From NCBI RefSeq assembly GCF_001412085.1, contig NZ_LKEV01000004.1, positions 193,217-217,216 on the forward strand: a stretch of 24,000 bases of DNA, in the 5' to 3' direction. Source of the DNA: Corynebacterium lowii. Its GTDB lineage: Bacteria > Actinomycetota > Actinomycetes > Mycobacteriales > Mycobacteriaceae. This document shows, piece after piece, positions 20,834 through 24,000 of the stretch (positions within the stretch are counted from its first letter, which is position 1; each line of letters begins with the position of its first letter). Made by a program: the position numbers and the translations under genes. The notes under the pieces are model-generated. The model was given only the letters and a program-made list of their open reading frames with translations. It had not been told where the DNA came from and ran no database searches.

Positions 20834-21109
20834 ATGACACAGGCAGAACAGCAGGAGTATCCGGTGGAGGTCTCGAAGGCAACGGCGCAGGTACCGCGCA
20901 AGCAGCCGTTATGGATTCCCATTGCCAATTTGGTTATCGGCGTTGCGGTGGTACTAGGAGCGCTGACGTGGTCGCAGTATCTTGACGAGCCGATTGCACA
21001 GTATGGCTATGTGAAGGTGATGTTCTTTTACGTGGTGCTGATGATTATTGGCGGTGGTCTGATGGTGTCAGGGTTTACTACGTTGTGGGTTCGGGGAACG
21101 TCGCGATAA
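20834..21109 (+). CDS. Small 2-TM membrane protein (91 aa)
   Basis: ATG follows AGGAAGG. Two hydrophobic spans are LWIPIANLVIGVAVVLGALTW and VMFFYVVLMIIGGGLMVSGF. It is tightly packed between the MspA-like gene and the next ORF. Confidence 0.6.
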   Translation: MTQAEQQEYPVEVSKATAQVPRKQPLWIPIANLVIGVAVVLGALTWSQYLDEPIAQYGYVKVMFFYVVLMIIGGGLMVSGFTTLWVRGTSR

Positions 21110-21117
21110 AGGGAACC

Positions 21118-22632
21118 ATGATGAAGAACCAAAAGAGCAAGGTGTGGCGGCGCTATGGAGCGGCGATTGCTGCCGGTACAGTGATGGTGCTGGTGACGCC
21201 GCAGGCTGGGGCGGAAACCCCAGAAGAGCGGTGTGCCAGGGAAACCGCTGCCCATAATGCCACGATGGAAGCATTATGGCGTGCTTCTCATCCTGGCCAA
21301 GAGCCAGGTCCTGGTGCGTGGCCTCCCTATGTGTGCGTTGGTGGGCCAGAGGGAAATAATGATACCGGAGGGCAGAATACGAATCCTGCTCCCCCTGCCG
21401 GAGGACAGCAGGGTGCTACTGGTGGTCCTACCGGTGGTGAAGAGGATTCTGCCCCTCTGTATGGGCGAGACCACCGATGGGATGAGGATACTACTGGTGG
21501 TCATGAACGTACCCATCAGTGGGACGATAGCGATGGGACTGGAACGCAACGTACTCACCAGTGGGATGATTCAGGGCGCACTCCTTCGCAGTATGAACAG
21601 GATATGCAGTTAGGCCCATTAGGGGACGCTCGCAGGAGTACTGGGCAAACTGGTGGCAGTGGGCAGGGGGATCGTCGATCTGCTGCTGATAGTGCGCGGT
21701 CGAATGTTCCTACGGTACCGGTATGGGAAGAACAGGTGCGTGGAAATGATGGACAGCAGCGTACGGTGCGCGTGGCTGATCTTGGCAACGGTGTGCAAGC
21801 GGTGGTTGATGATACTGGGCGCGGTACCGGTGAGGTGGTACGGGTAGACCCTGCCACGGGGGAGAAAAGTATCGAGATTCACGATGATCTCGCAGGTGAA
21901 AGCCTTGTTGTAGACCCTAGCGAAGAAAGAGAAGAGGCTGCGCCTGCAAGCGCTGCGCCGGGAGAGGCGGAGAGTACACAGACTTCCGCTATCCCGGAGG
22001 CACCAGTAGTACCGGTGGAGGGAGAAACCGGGGATACTCGTGGTGATGATGGGGGTGAGCCTGTGGGGCCGTTGGGTGCTGTGGGCGCTGCTATTGGTGG
22101 ATTAGGTGTCTTGGAACGCCGGCGACGTCGTGATCGTTCATGGCAGGGTGATATTGATTGGGGGGAGGGGCGTGAGCAATCGCTGATTGTGCTCGAAGGT
22201 CCGGAGTCTCCTCGGGAATATCGCTATGACCTTGATGTTCCTCCTGGTGGGCAGGTTGTAGAAAACCCGGATGGCTCGGTGGATGTCCTTGATGCGCAGG
22301 GTAACGTGACGAAACATGTCAAGGCCCCGTGGGCCTATGATGCCGCTGGGCGGGAAGTGCCTACTTATTTTGAGGTAGACCCGGAAACCGGTGAGTTGGT
22401 GCAGGTGGTGGATCCGGAGCGTACGACGGTGTTGCCGATTGTGGCGGACCCGGATAAACGCACTATGCCTGAGTATGAGAGCGATGATATGTCGCCGTCA
22501 AGGGCGGCGCAGGAGAAGGCTCGGCGAGAGAAAGAGAAACATAGTGCAACGAAGCCTGCGAGTGATAATCCTGCGAAAAATCCGGAGAATATGACGAAAA
22601 ATCCGGTGACGGGCAGCGTTCCTGGGAATTGA
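21118..22632 (+). CDS. Signal-peptide protein with acidic repeat region, internal hydrophobic/Arg5 segment and C-terminal globular domain
   Basis: The start is set at MMKNQKSKVWRRYGAAIAAGTVMVLVTPQAGAE (signal-peptide-like), 8 nt after the upstream stop. It has 3 x 14-aa R(T/D)H(Q/R)WD(D/E) repeats. The segment GPLGAVGAAIGGLGVLERRRRRDR is followed by a ~170-aa domain (APWAYDAAGREVPTYFEVDPETGELVQVVD). Confidence 0.7.
   Translation: MMKNQKSKVWRRYGAAIAAGTVMVLVTPQAGAETPEERCARETAAHNATMEALWRASHPGQEPGPGAWPPYVCVGGPEGNNDTGGQNTNPAPPAGGQQGATGGPTGGEEDSAPLYGRDHRWDEDTTGGHERTHQWDDSDGTGTQRTHQWDDSGRTPSQYEQDMQLGPLGDARRSTGQTGGSGQGDRRSAADSARSNVPTVPVWEEQVRGNDGQQRTVRVADLGNGVQAVVDDTGRGTGEVVRVDPATGEKSIEIHDDLAGESLVVDPSEEREEAAPASAAPGEAESTQTSAIPEAPVVPVEGETGDTRGDDGGEPVGPLGAVGAAIGGLGVLERRRRRDRSWQGDIDWGEGREQSLIVLEGPESPREYRYDLDVPPGGQVVENPDGSVDVLDAQGNVTKHVKAPWAYDAAGREVPTYFEVDPETGELVQVVDPERTTVLPIVADPDKRTMPEYESDDMSPSRAAQEKARREKEKHSATKPASDNPAKNPENMTKNPVTGSVPGN
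21466..21591 (+). repeat. 3 x 42-bp in-frame tandem repeat (RTHQWDDS... units)
   Basis: Encodes RDHRWDEDTTGGHE / RTHQWDDSDGTGTQ / RTHQWDDSGRTPSQ at 21466, 21508 and 21550. Confidence 0.8.
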
Positions 22633-23840
22633 ATGATGGGCGCATTGTGACGGAGCATCCGCGTGAGGATGATTCTGGACGTACGGATTGGACTTTGACG
22701 AATAAGGATGGAACAAAGCAGGAGTCGCTGTCGCAGGTTCAGTCGGATGTGGATGGAAGTCCCACGAATCTTAAAACTATTGATAATTCTGAGGTAGATT
22801 TACCGCAGCAGGATCGTCAGGATTGGGCGAATCGTACGGGAACTCGTGAGGGTTCTAATGTGGATAATCACCCGTTTAATAATGGTGATGCGACGTTTTC
22901 CGATCCGACGCAGGGGACAGTGGTACCAGGTTATTATAACCGGGAGTTGGATAAGCGTTCCTTTGCTGATGGTGAAGGTGGGTATGTCACTGAACATCCT
23001 AATGGGGATGGTACGTCGGATTGGACGCATAATAATACGGAGGGGCAGCAGGAGGCTGTGGCTTCGTTGGAATGGAAGGATGAGGGTGGCCTAGATAATG
23101 CCACGATGATTGATGATACGTTGGTTACTTCTCCGCCGGAGACAGGAGAGAACGATCAGACGTGGTACAACGGGACTGTTACTCAGGATCCGTATGATGG
23201 GATGTTCCAGGATGAGCAGGGGCGTTGGCACGATGGTGCTAAGAATCATGAAGGTGCAGATACACCAGCTTACCGCTTAGAAAATGGAAATATTCTGTAT
23301 GGGGTCAATGCGGAAGATGGTCATACCGATTGGGTGACGGAAAATAAAGACGAAAAAGTTTCTGCTGTTCGTGAACTAGAATGGGACGATAATGGTGACC
23401 CTGTAGTTAAGAGGCAGGATGGGTATATATCAAAGAAAGAATACGAATCGAAAAAAGGAGGACCTTTTTCCGAAACGGACATTGCTGGTGGTGTTTATAA
23501 TGTAGGAACTGGAGCTTCTTTTGGTGCTGCGGAAAAAAGTGCATACCTTGCTAAGGAAGCCGGAGAAAAGGTTGATGATTTAGCGAAGGCTGCTAAATAT
23601 GGTGGACGTGGAGCGAGTGGTTTTGGTGTAGCCGCTGGGGCAATGATGGATATTGAACAAGGAGGGATGGATCCTACTAAGGCTTGGACCACAAATGCAT
23701 TAGGTGGGGCGGCAGCTCTGGGTGTGGGGCTGTTTATTGGTCCTGGTGCTCCGGTAGCCGCAACAGTAGCAGCTACGTATGCAGCGGGACTGTTAGTAAC
23801 TAAGGTATCTCAGCAGTTTTGGAGGGATCCAGTTGAATAG
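22629..23840 (+). CDS. Three-module repeat protein with Gly/Ala-rich glycine-zipper-like hydrophobic C-terminus (candidate membrane-active toxin)
   Basis: No ATG is available. The start is TTG 22629 (TTGA overlap with the upstream stop) or GTG 22647. Three ~112-aa modules begin at G(R/G)(I/Y)VTEHP..D...DWT..N. The C-terminus is GASGFGVAAGAMM...ALGGAAALGVGLFIGPGAPVAATVAATYAAGLLV. No signal peptide is seen. Confidence 0.7.
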   Translation: MNDGRIVTEHPREDDSGRTDWTLTNKDGTKQESLSQVQSDVDGSPTNLKTIDNSEVDLPQQDRQDWANRTGTREGSNVDNHPFNNGDATFSDPTQGTVVPGYYNRELDKRSFADGEGGYVTEHPNGDGTSDWTHNNTEGQQEAVASLEWKDEGGLDNATMIDDTLVTSPPETGENDQTWYNGTVTQDPYDGMFQDEQGRWHDGAKNHEGADTPAYRLENGNILYGVNAEDGHTDWVTENKDEKVSAVRELEWDDNGDPVVKRQDGYISKKEYESKKGGPFSETDIAGGVYNVGTGASFGAAEKSAYLAKEAGEKVDDLAKAAKYGGRGASGFGVAAGAMMDIEQGGMDPTKAWTTNALGGAAALGVGLFIGPGAPVAATVAATYAAGLLVTKVSQQFWRDPVE

Positions 23841-24000
23841 TAAGTCTGCAATATTGAGAATCTTCTATTCCGCATATAGAGTTTTTATGTTCCTTGTTCT
23901 TTTTGTTCTTCCTATCTATGCGATTATCATTGGGTGGCATGAGGAAAATTATGTAATGGGACACTTAATTCCCATTGGGGTCATCCCTCTGGTGATTATT
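23833..24000 (+). CDS. AT-rich membrane ORF, 3'-truncated by window end (candidate immunity protein)
   Basis: The frame is open from TTG 23833 (GGAGG 7 nt upstream, overlapping the upstream TAG) to the window end. It encodes hydrophobic RVFMFLVLFVLPIYAIIIGW and LIPIGVIPLVII. By hand count of 23841-24000 the GC is ~36%, against >60% in the backbone. Confidence 0.45.
   Translation, partial: MNSKSAILRIFYSAYRVFMFLVLFVLPIYAIIIGWHEENYVMGHLIPIGVIPLVII

Overview
This is a high-GC actinobacterial chromosome segment whose left third has Corynebacterium-like synteny, all recognised from sequence motifs and recalled gene order. That part runs LacI/IpsA-like regulator, otsB, META-type lipoprotein, otsA, Lys-rich tail protein, thrE, tRNA-Thr(UGU). 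Directly after the tRNA lies a ~1.1 kb lower-GC islet with a membrane GAF-like protein and a small basic ORF. Next come an alpha/beta hydrolase, a TPP riboswitch with thiC, and a complete minus-strand K+ uptake locus (small peptide, kdpF, kdpA, kdpB, kdpC, kdpD, kdpE) with overlapping junctions throughout, apart from the unresolved kdpC/kdpD junction. kdpF and an extra 28-aa hydrophobic ORF are below the ORF-track cutoff and were found by hand translation. From ~18.3 kb to the window end the sequence looks accessory, with lower and patchy GC. It holds a two-module hypothetical protein convergent with a short pentapeptide-repeat protein, plus a decayed third copy of that module. A co-directional cluster follows: an MspA-like porin whose stem region is replaced by Gly-rich decapeptide repeats, a small 2-TM protein, a repeat-bearing signal-peptide protein, a three-module protein ending in a glycine-zipper-like hydrophobic C-terminus, and a very AT-rich membrane ORF cut by the window end. 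I consider this last cluster (19.8-24.0 kb) the best candidate for an undescribed system, possibly an envelope-associated toxin/immunity or export module. That is inference only. I saw no transposase, integrase, CRISPR array or rRNA. Many long ORF-track entries are antisense artefacts of high GC.
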